DNA from: Phoronis australis
Taxonomy: Eukaryota; Animalia; Phoronida
Direction: 5' to 3'
DNA: 64,000 nt
Assembly: GCA_002633005.1 (NCBI GenBank)
Contig: NMRA01000177.1
Coordinates: forward strand, 198,931 to 262,930
Below, piece after piece: positions 40,201-52,500 of this stretch. Numbering within the stretch: the stretch's first letter is position 1; each line of letters starts with the position of its first letter. The notes under the pieces are model-generated. The model saw nothing but the letters and a program-made list of their open reading frames with translations, searched no databases and was not told the DNA's origin. The position numbers were made by a program, and so were the translations under genes.

Positions 40201-43200
40201 AAAAAAATTTTAGAAAATTAGAAGACACCAATGCCTACATGCTTAGTTTAGTTGTAAGTATGCCCAGATGTTGAACAGGGCATGCAAATATTGAACAAGG
40301 TACCATGACGTGGGTGCCTAAATTTCAGCCAGAGTTTCCATTCTAATCATCAGCAAGACGAGAATGCTTTTTTAATAGGTTTATTGTTTTTGTCAGATGT
40401 CACAAGTTTACAGCAACTTTTTGAGAGAAATTTAGTCTTCAGGACAAAAGAGAACATAGTGGGACCAACAGGTGCGTGTGGATTACCCATGGAGCGGGTA
40501 AATGTGCCTAGTAACACTGAATGATATGTAACATATGGGTTACCAATATTTTACTTGTGTTTGTTCACTAAAATTATAGTCTCCTGGTTTACACATTTTT
40601 TATTATTTGAGACGGATAATTTATTGCGTAAATATCTTAATTTTGTCCTAATTTATAGAATTTTTACCTGTGATGTACGTAACTTAAACAATTTACATAT
40701 CTATTTTTACATCTATTCCAGCTGTGTACATAGAATATGATAGGTGTGTGATAGAGTGGAGTGTGTACGGGATTCCAGGAGCACTGCACGTTGAAACATT
40801 GCGTGCCCTGAATAAAAAATAAAAAAACAAGCAAACAAATGACGGTTGACCACAGTGTACTTACACCTCCAGTATCCTGTCTCCCTTGCATATGCCGGCT
40901 ACTTCAGCGGCTCCACCCTCCAGCACGGCGCTGACATGCTGTAGAGGGGCATACAGCTCACCATTGATACTCTTCAACTGGCCACCCTCGCTGACCTGTC
41001 AAGAGACGACTAACTGGACATTAACATGCAAACAACTCTCTCTCTCTCTCTCCAAGTGTTCAAACACCATGCACACACTCAATGTATTGCCAACCTGAAA
41101 ATAGGCCACTGAACCACAAAATTAAGCACTCCATCATAGGCATGAGATAATCCTTGGATTAACATCAAGACATTGCTCACATTTAGTATACAGAACACAG
41201 CCACCATGTCACCAGTGGGACATCACCCTCCGTGAGACGCTCAGTCAAGACTGTGGGGGACGGTTACAGTGAACTCTCACCAATCTAGGACACATTACGG
41301 TGGACTAGGGAAATTTTATTTCCTCATTTTTTCGCAAGACATGCAGCATCACATCAATTTTCAAGCTCTATACCAGATGTTACCAGATGAAAATATTTTA
41401 AAAAACTGTGGGCATTAACGACAGAATTAGAAGTCCTTGAAAACGAAAAAATGTTAATTTTAGCAATCATTTTTTGTCCAAAAGTGGTGAGATTTTACCT
41501 TACCTTTAGAGAAGATGTTCTATGAATGGTCAGCAGGATATAAACTATATGTGAAACGGAATCTAATTTTCGGTTTTCTTATTACATTTCCCGATCCTTC
41601 TTAGTTATAAATAACTACCCAGTAAATCAGACTCAGTTCTACAACTGGCACGGTTTAAGTGGCACGGTACAAAAAAAAATTCCATTGCCTGTAGCAATGC
41701 CAAGAGTTATTTCGGTCAGGTAACATAAACTGTAACCATAATATTGTAGGCTAAGAAACTACAGTAACTGACGAGTGAAATCAATCCCCAACTGGGTATC
41801 AAACCAGCATAGCCAGGTACCCACGCAAGACAAGTGCAGGGATTACATAGAAAGTAGCAACATGGCATTACCAATCGTCTTAAGCTCAAGATCCCATGCG
41901 AGAGCAAAATATGACCTCTTTGAATTTCTGGTGATTTTTTGTAAATTAGAAACTTTTACGATTAGATATTGACATGGTGTGGTCACTGTGGTGGGAGTGC
42001 CGCATTCTTGTTTGTTTATAAATTACACTGAAAGGCTTGTTGAGATGAAAAGCATGGCAAAACCCAAGATGATTTTAAATTGTCTCTACCAAGTGCCATT
42101 GGTATAAACTTGGGCCTCATTTTAGATAGCAGGTATAAATATGAATGGGAAATAACTAGTTTTGCTTGCTGTTAGATACCATCCGATAACACTCAACCAT
42201 GAATGCTGACGTACAGGAGATAGAGTAGTTACCTCTAGGCCACCTGTTTGTGTTCGCAGACCTAGTTTTTGAGCCCGTCCTGGGCCCTTCATCAGGATAC
42301 TGGCGGGAATCTTTGTGTCACACGGTCACCCATGGGTGGTCCTTGGTGGTTGTCCAACACCACCTGGTGGCTGTTACCTCTGAGGAGCCGCTGATAAAAT
42401 GACTCAAAGATTTCCGCCAGTACCCCGACGAAGGGCCCAGTTGCCCAATTGGCAAATGTGCATGAACAGAGCAAGGTCGCAAATGCGCCCCAGTTTCTCA
42501 ATAACTATTTACTCTCACGACATCCAGGTGAGGCGAAGACATATGACGTGACATACTTAAAGAGGTCATCAGCTTGCTCTTATGGTCGGCTGCTCAAAAA
42601 GCACAGTCTGCGTATATGACTTCGTCTTGTTACTTAAGTTTCATAACAACTCAGATATGAGCCATCACCACATTATTAATGATGCGCTAAACAACTGTCA
42701 ATTTATTTACTATTTATTATTCTCTATTTATTTATTAATATAATATTTACAATGAGGGTAGCCCCATCAGTTCACACTGCTTTCCATGGGGGCCCTCTGT
42801 AGAAAACAAACAGGTAGTAAGACAAAAACAGAATTACAAAATGAAAGACAAATTTAATTAATAAGCAAAGAATAAGAAATTAACACGGAAAGACTGATGA
42901 AGCAAAATAAAAAAAATTAAAAAATAAAATATGATAAGATAATTAACTAAAATATAAATATAAATATAAAAAATTAAAAAACAGACAATAAATAATTAAT
43001 ATAAGTAAGACATTATATGAATAACAAATAAATAAACATGCAATTCTTAGACACTACATGAAGTTAAATCTATTTCTTATAATTCTTTTAAAGAATAGAA
43101 AGGATGATGTACATTTGGCATCTGCAGGGAGAGAGTTCCATAAAAACGGCCCGCTGTGGGAAAATGATTTATTCCCAGTTTCGCTTCTGCGTTTAGGAAG

Positions 43201-44905
43201 ATTGAAATCAGATGATGATGAGGACCTAGTATTGTAGCGATTAGTAGTCATCTTAAACTTAGCACATAAGTAAGATGGGACAAGACCTTTAAAACATTTG
43301 TACATACAGGCAGATAGGAATTGATATTAGCAGTGTTTTCTGCAAAATAAGAGAGCATGACACTTAAACCTCTATTGTTTAAATAAAAGACAACAACGTG
43401 CATGGCAATGTAGAGAATGTAGTGATTTAGTAAAAAGTTTTTTTTTACAGACTCAACTATTTCAAGTTGTTTTTAACAAGATAAATAGTACAATAAACAA
43501 TCAGCAGAGGATGCTCAAACTTTTTTGAAAAGACGTTGGTCGGTGAAAAGCTACGTTATAATATAATAACGAACTACCAAGAAAATAAAGTTAATTACTA
43601 AATTGTCAATTAACGCCGTGAATTGTAATCATTTAAATAAACTAATTACGGGTATACACACTGGGGCACGTTTGCGGTAGACACATAACCTGTCTGTAAC
43701 TATTCACAGACAAGCCAGAGAATGTGGTTACTGCTTAAAAACAGGTTTGCCTACATTTTGCATATCAAAATGTTACCTGTGGAAGTTGCAAGACCTAAAT
43801 GAAGCAACAGTCCCAGGTGCTAACGAACATAGAAAAAGTTGGGTCATGAAGGAAGACGGCAGTATATGCCGGAAGTTCCAAACAAACGTCTTGTTCACCA
43901 CATGATCATAACAATACCAGAAAAGAAGTTAAAAGTTAACCCACTGGCCTAGTTTTTGCTTGTACTATGCCATTTGTAAATGACAATAGTCTTCGAGGGT
44001 TCCATGAAGCGGAATCGGAAACAGAAAGAGACGAAGGAGTCATTTTTTTTGGAAGTGGCCTTCTTAACGAGACTTCTTAAATTTGGAATTGCGAACAACA
44101 GAACATTATATTATAATCCAGATATTTTTGAAACAATTGTGAAGATAGAACAGTCCGAATTTGAAAAACGTGAGCTAAGCCAGCACATGTGACTGAGGGC
44201 AAAAAGCACTGGCATAAGGGAACACATAATCTACAGTGTACCCACGATTAACACCCTCACGATTTTCATTAAATAAACAAGTATTTAATGGTCTTAGCCA
44301 TTACACTGAATTCTCAGACTGGCAAAGTAACTAAGGTTCCATTTTTGACAAAATTGTAAATTTGAAATACAGGCCTACATTACAAATTACTGAAAATTCT
44401 AAAACTTAATTGAATTAAATTACTACATACAGGTCAGGAAATCACTACAATTCCTAGGGGTGTGCTTTTTGAAACATGGAGTTGCAGGGGGCGATCATGG
44501 GTAGCCTACACGTTTTTGCTATTCAAGTGAGTTGTCTTCACTAATTTTCGCTCAGTCAGATGAAACCAGTTGGAAGACCGTGAAATCAATGTTTCTTACA
44601 TTGAGTAAGCTTTCCTAGAAATACCACAGACTTTACGTGGAAGTGCAAAATACGGTAAAAAAGTGTCGAAAATGGGTACACTATTGCTAGTTTTCGATTA
44701 GTTTGCGGCGGACTCGGGCCGTCAGGCCCCAGAGTCAGAAAAGCAGACGAGTCATGGGAAGAAATGTGAGCCAAAAAGCAGTGAAATGTCTCTTTACCTG
44801 TCCACGAACATTGAAGCCGAATCCAGTCTCAGTCTTTGAAATTGTAACAACACGGGGCCCTGAAGCTTCAACTGGTGAGGAATCTTCCGCATCGGAATCC
44901 GCCAT
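19251..44905 (-). CDS. SNX27: Sorting nexin-27 (PDZ + PX + FERM-like/RA), 13 coding exons, about 504 aa
   Basis: Exons 44905-44798, 40995-40865, 34407-34325, 31608-31460, 30882-30690, 30020-29950, 29468-29358, 28503-28425, 25864-25704, 24115-24026, 22100-21951, 20497-20369, 19310-19251 (1515 nt, phases compatible). Motifs [33 protein letters not shown] (PDZ), [28 protein letters not shown] (PX), [10 protein letters not shown] and [10 protein letters not shown] (FERM-like). Confidence 0.96.
19374..19495. repeat. About 120-bp imperfect palindrome in the last SNX27 intron
   Basis: GGCACTAGTCGGACATAATGGGCCCTGATTCAGAGAACCAG pairs with CTGGCTCTCTAAACCAGGGCGCATTATATCAAACTAGTGCC. Confidence 0.75.
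22355..22862. repeat. 42-bp minisatellite, about 12 copies, in an SNX27 intron
   Basis: Unit ATGACATGGTCATACTCCCTTGGCAACTCAAATGACCCCGCT repeated head to tail with no spacers. Confidence 0.95.
23727..24036. repeat. About 43-bp minisatellite, about 7 copies, overlapping the donor of SNX27 exon 24115-24026
   Basis: Unit close to AAAGTACCTCAGTTTGTGGATTGCATGGCAGGGTATGAGTTTT. The last partial copy is the real exon/intron junction (GAG|gtactt on -). Confidence 0.85.
24595..24825. repeat. Degenerate tandem repeat, unit about 122 bp, with a further copy near 25200-25300
   Basis: Recurrent TACACTG.GG.GCCAA.TAAAT..CTATGATGAA ... AAAGTCTGGAT..AT.CCAAAC. Confidence 0.5.
27549..27960 (+). mobile_element. 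Solo-LTR-like fragment with clustered heat-shock elements and a TATA box
   Basis: Starts TGTCAG; about 71-bp internal duplication; several GAAnnTTC / TTCnnGAA units at 27677-27897; TATAAA at 27906. A related 5' part lies inverted at about 36550-36688. The 3' boundary is not defined. Confidence 0.5.
32641..32772 (-). mobile_element. tRNA-derived SINE
   Basis: Minus strand has A box TGGCTCAGTGG and B box GGTTCAAGTCC. Shares the end TAAAACCGAGCTGAGA with the copy at 52267. Confidence 0.7.
34827..34864 (+). ncRNA. Degenerate minimal hammerhead-like motif (Penelope type)
   Basis: (T)TGACGA-A-GGAT-loop-ATCC-GAAA-ATTTC-AG, with a palindromic stem III. The conserved C3 reads T. Confidence 0.4.
35043..35078 (-). 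ncRNA. Minimal hammerhead-like motif (Penelope type)
   Basis: Minus strand TCCTGATGA-T-GTCT-TATGAAT-AGAC-GAAA-CGTC-GGA: intact CUGAUGA and GAAA core, 4-bp stem II, GUC site. Stem I is weak. Confidence 0.55.
35345..35533. repeat. Dispersed repeat, inverted copy of about 2900-3095
   Basis: TTGTATTGAATAGGGGTCTG...GGTGACGTAGACAAAAGCAAGCC..ATGCCTAACA.TTCGTTACATTTG is the reverse complement of sequence in a Kolobok transposase intron. Confidence 0.75.
36802..37320. mobile_element. PIF/Harbinger-like MITE
   Basis: Perfect 15-bp TIR GGCCCTTTCATACTA / TAGTATGAAAGGGCC, flanked by TCA and TTA. Confidence 0.75.
38074..38563. mobile_element. hAT-like MITE
   Basis: TIR CAGGCCTT.AT.CAG / CTGCATGAAGGCCTG. 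8-bp TSD CCTGCAGC / TCTGCAGC (1 mismatch). Confidence 0.75.
42280..42440. repeat. GC-rich hairpin or mini-MITE with arms of about 41 bp
   Basis: CTGGGCCCTTCATCAGGATACTGGCGGGAATCTTTGTGTCA versus TGACTCAAAGATTTCCGCCAGTACCCCGACGAAGGGCCCAG. Confidence 0.75.
42701..43325 (-). mobile_element. 5'-truncated LINE (CR1/L2/Crack group), 3' end only
   Basis: ORF2 C-terminal signature [39 protein letters not shown] at 43305-43054, then a T-rich 3' UTR and a TAAA-like tail near 42701-42740. Confidence 0.8.
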
Positions 44906-46187
44906 GTTTATTTTAAATCTTATTGACCTTGACCCCAGCGTTCATTTTTTCCGCAAGGAGTCAGGACTATCGCGCAATAAATGCTTTGGGCCCAATCTCT
45001 AATCTTTTTACTTGAAATGGAACTCAAAATTATGTTTGGCATTTTCTACTCTACTTTTGTGCGATCTCAAGATAAGTCTCTATTGTTCAGTTTCAGAGTA
45101 CAATGACTTACGTGGATAATTTATCAGTCCTAGTTTGCAGTTGATAAACCCAACATTAAGGCTAAAATTTCAGTTCGAGGTTGAACACGAAATTTCGAGT
45201 TTTCACTCGAGTTTGTAGCGCGAATATAAGGGTCTTCAAGTGCAAACTTGGACTAGAAACTCATATGCATAAACTGTAATGTATTCGAGCACAGTCTGAC
45301 AACCACTTATCGCGAGTTCGCACAAAGCAGTGAAACTGCCAAAAATAATTTCGAGTTCGTTCAAGGCGAGTACAAAGATAAGAGCGGACCGGGCCATGCC
45401 TGCCCCCAGTGATTTCTATGCTGTTCCCCGGCCAGCCAGTTAGCTGAAGACTATACAGCTTCGCACCAAGGCTATTGTTAAGCATGTCTATGGTTAGCAG
45501 AACTCGACGGGAGTCTGGTAAAAATCTAATGCTTGATGCACACTGACCTCACCATTGCACTTTTAATTTTGTCAGATGTACGAGCGCCACTTAATTCCCG
45601 GAGTACTCGACTTCGAGTGTGAAGTGTTTTCAGAGAGAGATAGAGATGCGAGAGGAAATAAATGCGCGCATTTTACATTTATTCCGCAAGCCAACACTAG
45701 CGTGTATTGTATTTTATTACAGTGACAAGTACAATTAATTCTCACAATAGGTATTCGTAAGAAAAATAAGTACCCAGCCCAGTTGGCCTTATTAACCACA
45801 CAACTCAGATGTAGGATTACTATAAATGCGACGGTTTCTAAGTTCAAAAGCAGAATTGATATATTTGGCAAATTGCCTACTATAGAGAAATACAGCGGTT
45901 TTAACGTATCTAATCTTCTGTCGGAAATCTCCAAAGTTCGGGACTTGAAGTGAAACATTATTAAACAGAATCTAATAGACCTCTAAGAGTTATAAAGAGA
46001 ACCATCAAACACAAAATGTAGCTCATCCTCCACAGAACCAGAATCACAACACAAGCAAAGTCTTTCACTTACAGGAGTGTTTACATAACGACCAGTTTCC
46101 AATGTAAATGCAATGAGAGATTTCCTGCTCTAAGCTGAGCCAGAAGAGAGAATTAAGCTTTACATACGATTCAGTTAAAAACTCGTG

Positions 46188-46730
46188 CAGACCTGCCAAG
46201 TCTCACGCATCTCGCGTGAGTCTCACGCATTTGGCCACTGCCTCACGCACTCACGCGAGCCTTAAGCTATCTCACGCAAAATGAATTTTTTGGTCGTAAA
46301 TTTTCCGAAAAACCTAGTTTTCTACGCTTATGTAAAGTAAATCAGTTCTTTCAAGTACCTTGCCATGAGTTCCGACCAAGCAAATCAATGTTAAACAATT
46401 CTAAGAAAGCAGCTTGGAATTATAATAAAGCTCATAAAAAGGGAGTGATGTCCGTCTTGTAATGACTAGTTGAAGACCTACACAATTGTATTGACATTAT
46501 TATGAGTATTCTTTATTATAAAGACGATGTAATATCGTTTTCATAAAATAGGATGGTTTTTTATTAATGTAATATGACTAGTTAAGTCTTATATTTTGGG
46601 ATGTATAAATTTTGATACTTAGTGAAGATATCGCCAGGAACCTCAAGCAAAATTTGAGCAAACTTGTCCAATTTCAAGCAAAATTTCAACCAACCTCCAG
46701 CAAAGTTGTTATACCCCCTTGGCAGGTCTG
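46188..46730. mobile_element. MITE with a 13-bp TIR (hAT- or P-like)
   Basis: CAGACCTGCCAAG ... CTTGGCAGGTCTG, with subterminal CTCACGCA repeats. No clear TSD. Confidence 0.65.
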
Positions 46731-49518
46731 AAAATGTAGGTTCTTAACTTAGGATTTGTTACAACAGACTCCGCCCAAACATGTTTCGAGTATGTGCGAA
46801 TAGTTTGTTTCTAGAATCTACTGTTACAAGTAGTCAAATTTTGAAAACAGGATTGTGCAGTTCATATGTGGTCAGATTTATTCCCGGCCGTGCAGTGATT
46901 GTGGCTGACTAGTGGGGGCATGACAAAAAGGCCACCGTCCCAACCGAGGAACAGGCTACGGACACGATTTTTCTTCGTTTCCCAAGTCATATCTCTCACG
47001 CTTGGCACTATGGTACCACCATCCAGTGTCAGTCGGTGACATTTGAGACTTGGTGCGTCAGTCGCCACTACCTGCGTACGTGCTCTGGTGTTTGATGCCG
47101 TGGATTTTGTGAAGCTGTTTGTTCCCGGCTTGTTTGATATCATGTCAACCCATGGCCGTTCCGGAGGCCCCATAACCCCTAACGTGTGTGCCAGTAAAAA
47201 CTTCCAAGAATGGACGAAGGACACGTAGAGAACGCCCAATTTAAGACTGACGTATAGACAAATCATAACGTGCAGGAATTCACCACTTTTTATTGAAAAA
47301 ATGTTTTAAAGCGGCCATAAATTAACCCCACTTTTCATCACAAAAACGTTTGATTTAAACCTCGTACTGTTATTATTATGAAATGAGATTGTCCCTGGTG
47401 ATGACTTCAGCCGGGGCGAAGGAACTGAAAGTTCGTTATTGCTTGAGATCAATCTCTATGAGCTGGTTTGTCGGTCGTGTCATTCCACGTGCCGAGGCAT
47501 TCAACCAATTACTGTCGCTGTCAGTTCTGTGCAAACTCGCAAACCGGGAATCATTTCTTCACTAAGCAAAGACGAAATTGTGACCAATTTTGTAGCGGTA
47601 AACAGCAGTAGCGGATTTGGGGGGCAAGAAAGCCCCCCGCTCCAACTCAATATCCTGGATCCGACCTTGGTAATTGGTCTAAATCAATATTTTGCCTCTT
47701 GAACGTATTGGTCCTAATGCGCATGTAGGGTTTTGACAAATCCTGCCGCTGTCGTTGAGAAAGCAGGTTCTTTTGTAAATGATTTTACGCACTGTCTTGC
47801 TACTCTATGTATTCATTACTGAAATGACAAGGAAAACTCTGAACTAGAATGCTTAAAACTGGTTCTCATAAGGAATTGAAACTGCAGACTTGATGAATAG
47901 CAGGCGAGTTTACTTGAAAAATTGCTATAAAGTTATTTAAATCAGCCGTGTCAACTATCGACAATATTCTGGTCATTTTGCAAGAAAAGTCACAGACTCG
48001 TTTTCTGACTTACACTGGTTCCAATATGAGTAACCAAAACGTTAAAAATAATTTGAAAGACTGGTTAGATTACGTAAATTCTTATTTAAAGACATGACAC
48101 GTGTGAAAGAAAAAAGAAAATATACAACAGTACGACTATAGTCTTCAGCCTCTAACTTCTTTAGAAAGCCATTCGCACCAACTCAATATGCCGCGCACGA
48201 GGATTGGTTCTACTCGTGTTTATTTTTCGTTGATCTTGTTCCCAACCTTTTCTAGTAGAGTCACCGCAGACGGAGAGCTACCGACGAGCTATTCTACATT
48301 ACCCTCGGTAGCTGAGCTAAATGACAGCTCACGTCTAGGCGTGAAAAAATAAATTACCCGTTAGTTCATTCTTGTTCCACCCTTGAAATGAGCTGTCAGC
48401 TCATATATCGTTCATTTGAGTCAATCAGCTGTGTTCAAAGCCACCCATGTCAATACCAAAACTTGAAAATATACACCAATGTCTATACCTGACACAAGAA
48501 GTGACCCATTGCAGTAATTGACCAAATGACCCCTAATGAAACACCATTGAAAAAACAACGACCAAGTACGAGCGCTCTTTTGGAAAATTTTCAAAAATGC
48601 TCCCATGGGCGTACATGTGCTTTCGAGGGGACACGGACATGGAAATTCCCAGGGTTATCTCATGGCCTAATTTGCCGATGACCTCTTTGAAATCATTTGT
48701 CCCTGTATCAGCGCGGCTGTTCCATCTCACATACGATTGTGATAGCCTAAGTAATATATACGGGTAAATGACCCGAGAGCCGGCCTCACATCATTAGTTT
48801 GTAACGGAAACAACGGTGTAAGTAAATCGTTCATGCAAAATCATTTCCGGTGGATTCTGAACATGAAAATTAGGCTAAATTGATCCGGAATTATAACCAA
48901 CCAACCAAACATTTTCTACGGTCTGTTTCGAAAGTTTAATATAACTTTATTATAACACTGCTTTTTTCTGTGCTTAGACATTCAAACGTTAGAGAATGAG
49001 CAGGTTTTGTGAAGAAAAATAACCCATTCTTGTTAAATGTGAAGGTACGCTAAAAAAAATTGGTTCATGATACTTGTTTGTGTATTGAGGTCCATGCGGT
49101 TATCTGGTGTAATTTTTTCAAAAAGATTTTCTTTGAGTGTTTACAACAGGCGCATTGCCTTCAGACCAACTAACGAACAAGTGGAGGTGTTCCTTGGAAA
49201 GGCGCATTTTTTACACCGAATATTTTCGTAATTTTTTACCCTTCAATATTTTTAAGTAACTGCAGTGCTTAGATTGAAAGAACAACACTTAATCAGACAA
49301 GTAATTCAATTTGCTCTTTGTGTCTACTTTTAAGGTTCGTACTTGGATATAACGGCAGTTAGACTTAGAAGAGCACGTGTCCCATACACAGTCTGTAGTA
49401 TTAGACACATTTCTGAAAAAATCCATTTGTAGAAGTATAACAGAGGCCGGTTATGATACGGAATTCCTGTCAAATGAAGTAAATGTAAAGCCATTTTTTC
49501 TTATCTTTTACAGGTGAG

Positions 49519-52500
49519 ATGATTCGCCTCTTAGTCGCTCTTTATTCTCTGTGTGTCGTAACCCAATCAGCGCCGCTGGTTGAACAGTTCCTGGCGCGCG
49601 AAGCAAGAGGTTTGCAAAATCTTATTAGATACTGAAAGAAACTGTTCGTGGCTGAAATTGGGATATTTTGGACAAACGTGTTACAGTCTTCGTGTGCTTA
49701 GCTTTTTTTTTCATCTTTATCGAAGGAACGGTTAACACCATTGCAACTTTCAGTAAAAAACTTAACATTTACTGGAGCGTTATCGGGTGGTTATAATCGC
49801 CGTTCCTTTGTTCAAATTTCCGTCGTTTGCTTTGTCTCATTTTCAAGTTTTCCATCTTTTGCAACAATGAATACGCACTGCTCTATCTCGACATTGCAGC
49901 TAAGAATGGTTTCGAGAACGGGCGTTCCGTTGGCACCGTAACAGCCACGCGAGAGGCGTCGGGACTGGCCGCCAGCCGCAAGCACCCGGATGTACTTTAC
50001 TCCCTGGATGATTCTGGCGGTAAAGCGGCTGTGAGTAGTGTTTCTGAACATGTATTTTAATATATTTTAAAATGTTGTAAGGATATCAAAACAAGCTAGA
50101 AAAAATACTGCCACGCTGCACTGCTAAAATGATACTCATAGTCTAAAACGGCTGCTATAAGGGAGTGGGGTCGACATTATCCCCAAATTTTTTTCAACAA
50201 GTTCCATGGGCGCACACAGGGGAGGGGGCTCGGAGGGCTCGAACGAGCCCCCCCCCATTCGGCGAATCCACAATTCATAGCTCTGAGCGTACCTCGTGAA
50301 TCTTAGTAAAGGTCCACATTCTCAAAAATCGAGCCCCCTCATTTTTTGGCCGTATGCGCGCGTGTGTATTTGTTTGCATAGCACTGAGTTAGACATGTAC
50401 GATTTGACGCACAATAGCGAGGCTTCCATTTGCAAAAACAGTCTCAATTCGTTGTCAGTAATAAGACTATTCAGTTTCACTCATATGCAATATAATGTTT
50501 AGCGCCAATCTAGTTGTTGCACGCCGGGGTTACTTCAAGGCATGACTCAAGATAACAACGATAGTGTATAACGCAATATACTCACCAGATGTCACTCTCA
50601 CACCCACGCTTGCCGAAGTAGCCCGGCTTGGTTCCCAACCAAAACGTGTCTTTTCCGCTCAAATTTCCTACAAAAGCATGCGCGCACCCAGCCTTCAATA
50701 TGGGGGGCTCGAACTCCTGACGTTGTGGACCTTTTGCGAACAAAAGAGCGGGCGGACTAAAAAAAAAACGGAAGCACCTCTGTGAATTGCGCGTTTGCGC
50801 TTATTCAGTGAACTTTTTCTGTCTCTCAAGGGCGGACCTTTTTGCCCACTTCGCCAAATGGGGGCTCATTCGAGCCCCCCGAGACCCCCCCCCCCTGGGT
50901 GTGCGTATGAAAAGGGTTTCCTGTTTGGCAGTGTTTGAGCTCTAAAAAGGTCCAACAGACAGCTCTACGAAATGGTTTCATATTTTGTTCAAGTTTGTTG
51001 GGCGAAAAACGATGAAACGTAAAAAGGATGTTTACTCAAATTCAATTCGATAGATAAAAGTTTTTCAAAAAATGATTTCACTAGGATTATAATGCCGGGG
51101 AAAATGCCAGATGTTGACTTGAGGCTCGATCCCAACGAACCGGTTCCTTTAATCATGCTCGTCCTCTAAAAGGGCTTCACTTTGCCGACTCTTTAAAAAG
51201 CTGATCATTCTGATTTCCCAGCGGCACACCCGTCAAAATATAGTCAGGGTACCCCCCCCCNCCCCCCCCCCGTTCTTTCACCCGAGGTCATTATTTCGCG
51301 CCTGTGCTTGCAATAATGTTCTCAAATAGGAACGATTTACAAAAAACACATATCTCGATCTTGCAGATTTACGCAATTTCTGCTAAGGACGGCAAAACCC
51401 TGGCCACTTTGAACATTGCTGGGTCGTCAAATGCCGACTGGGAGGACCTAGCGGTAGGACTGTGCGCTGACGGGGGCGGTGGTTATTGTATCTACATTGG
51501 TGATGTTGGAGGTACGTGAGCAGCAGCCGCGTTCCCTAGACGGCAGACACACGCGAGGAAAGCTAATGTGATCACGTGCTTCACTTTTAATGTACATGGC
51601 GTTGTCTTACTATGACTGATTTGCGTGATCTCGCTTTTCTCTCAAGAAAATTGACCCGACGGTACGCAGCGCTGGTGAGAAATGAACTGATTGGAGTATC
51701 ATATTGTACATTTGCAAACAGTTATTTAGAAGAAATGTCTGTTTTCTTTGCTCAGAAAGGGAGATGAGAAAAGGGTTCTACCAAGTTACCATCTGTCTCC
51801 ATTTTTATGTTCAAAATACATTTTCCCCCAATCTATAACCATCTTCATTAGGTTTCGGTGCAGATCACTATTTCATGGACCGTGTTTGTTTTAGGTAACA
51901 CCAAAAATAAGGCAAACATCATCTACAAAGTGAAAGAGCCCAGCTCCATCCGTTCACAAACTCTCCAAGTGGCCTCCAAATTCATGTACACCTGGAGCCA
52001 GCCCAACTGTGAATCTGTTATGGTGGACGAGAAGGGCGAGGTAATTGGAGAGTCGTTGGAGACACGGCCTTTATTGTCGCTATTGTTACAGTTGCTATAT
52101 TTTGTAATAACAAAACATCCCCACAAATATTATGTTCATTAAAAATTATTTTAAAAAATAATTGCGGGCTGTCTGGCACACGTTGTACCAGACGTGCCCA
52201 GGCCGCGCATGTGGGCCCATTGCACTGATACCTGGAACTATTTTTGTGCCTCATAAATATATAGTTAAAACCGAGCTGAGAAGCTAGAAACCTGACTCAA
52301 GGGTCTAGCAGTGTGGCCCAGTGGGACTCGAACCCACGTCCTCAAGTATAGAAGGCGGGCACCTATCACACTAGGCCACACTGCCTCCTCAATTATTAGG
52401 TCAATAAACAAAATTAAACGGCCCTAGAATAATGTCAGTGTAACTAGAATCCTTTCACATTCAGCTTCCTAACTGCTTTTCTTACAAATATGTTATTCTT

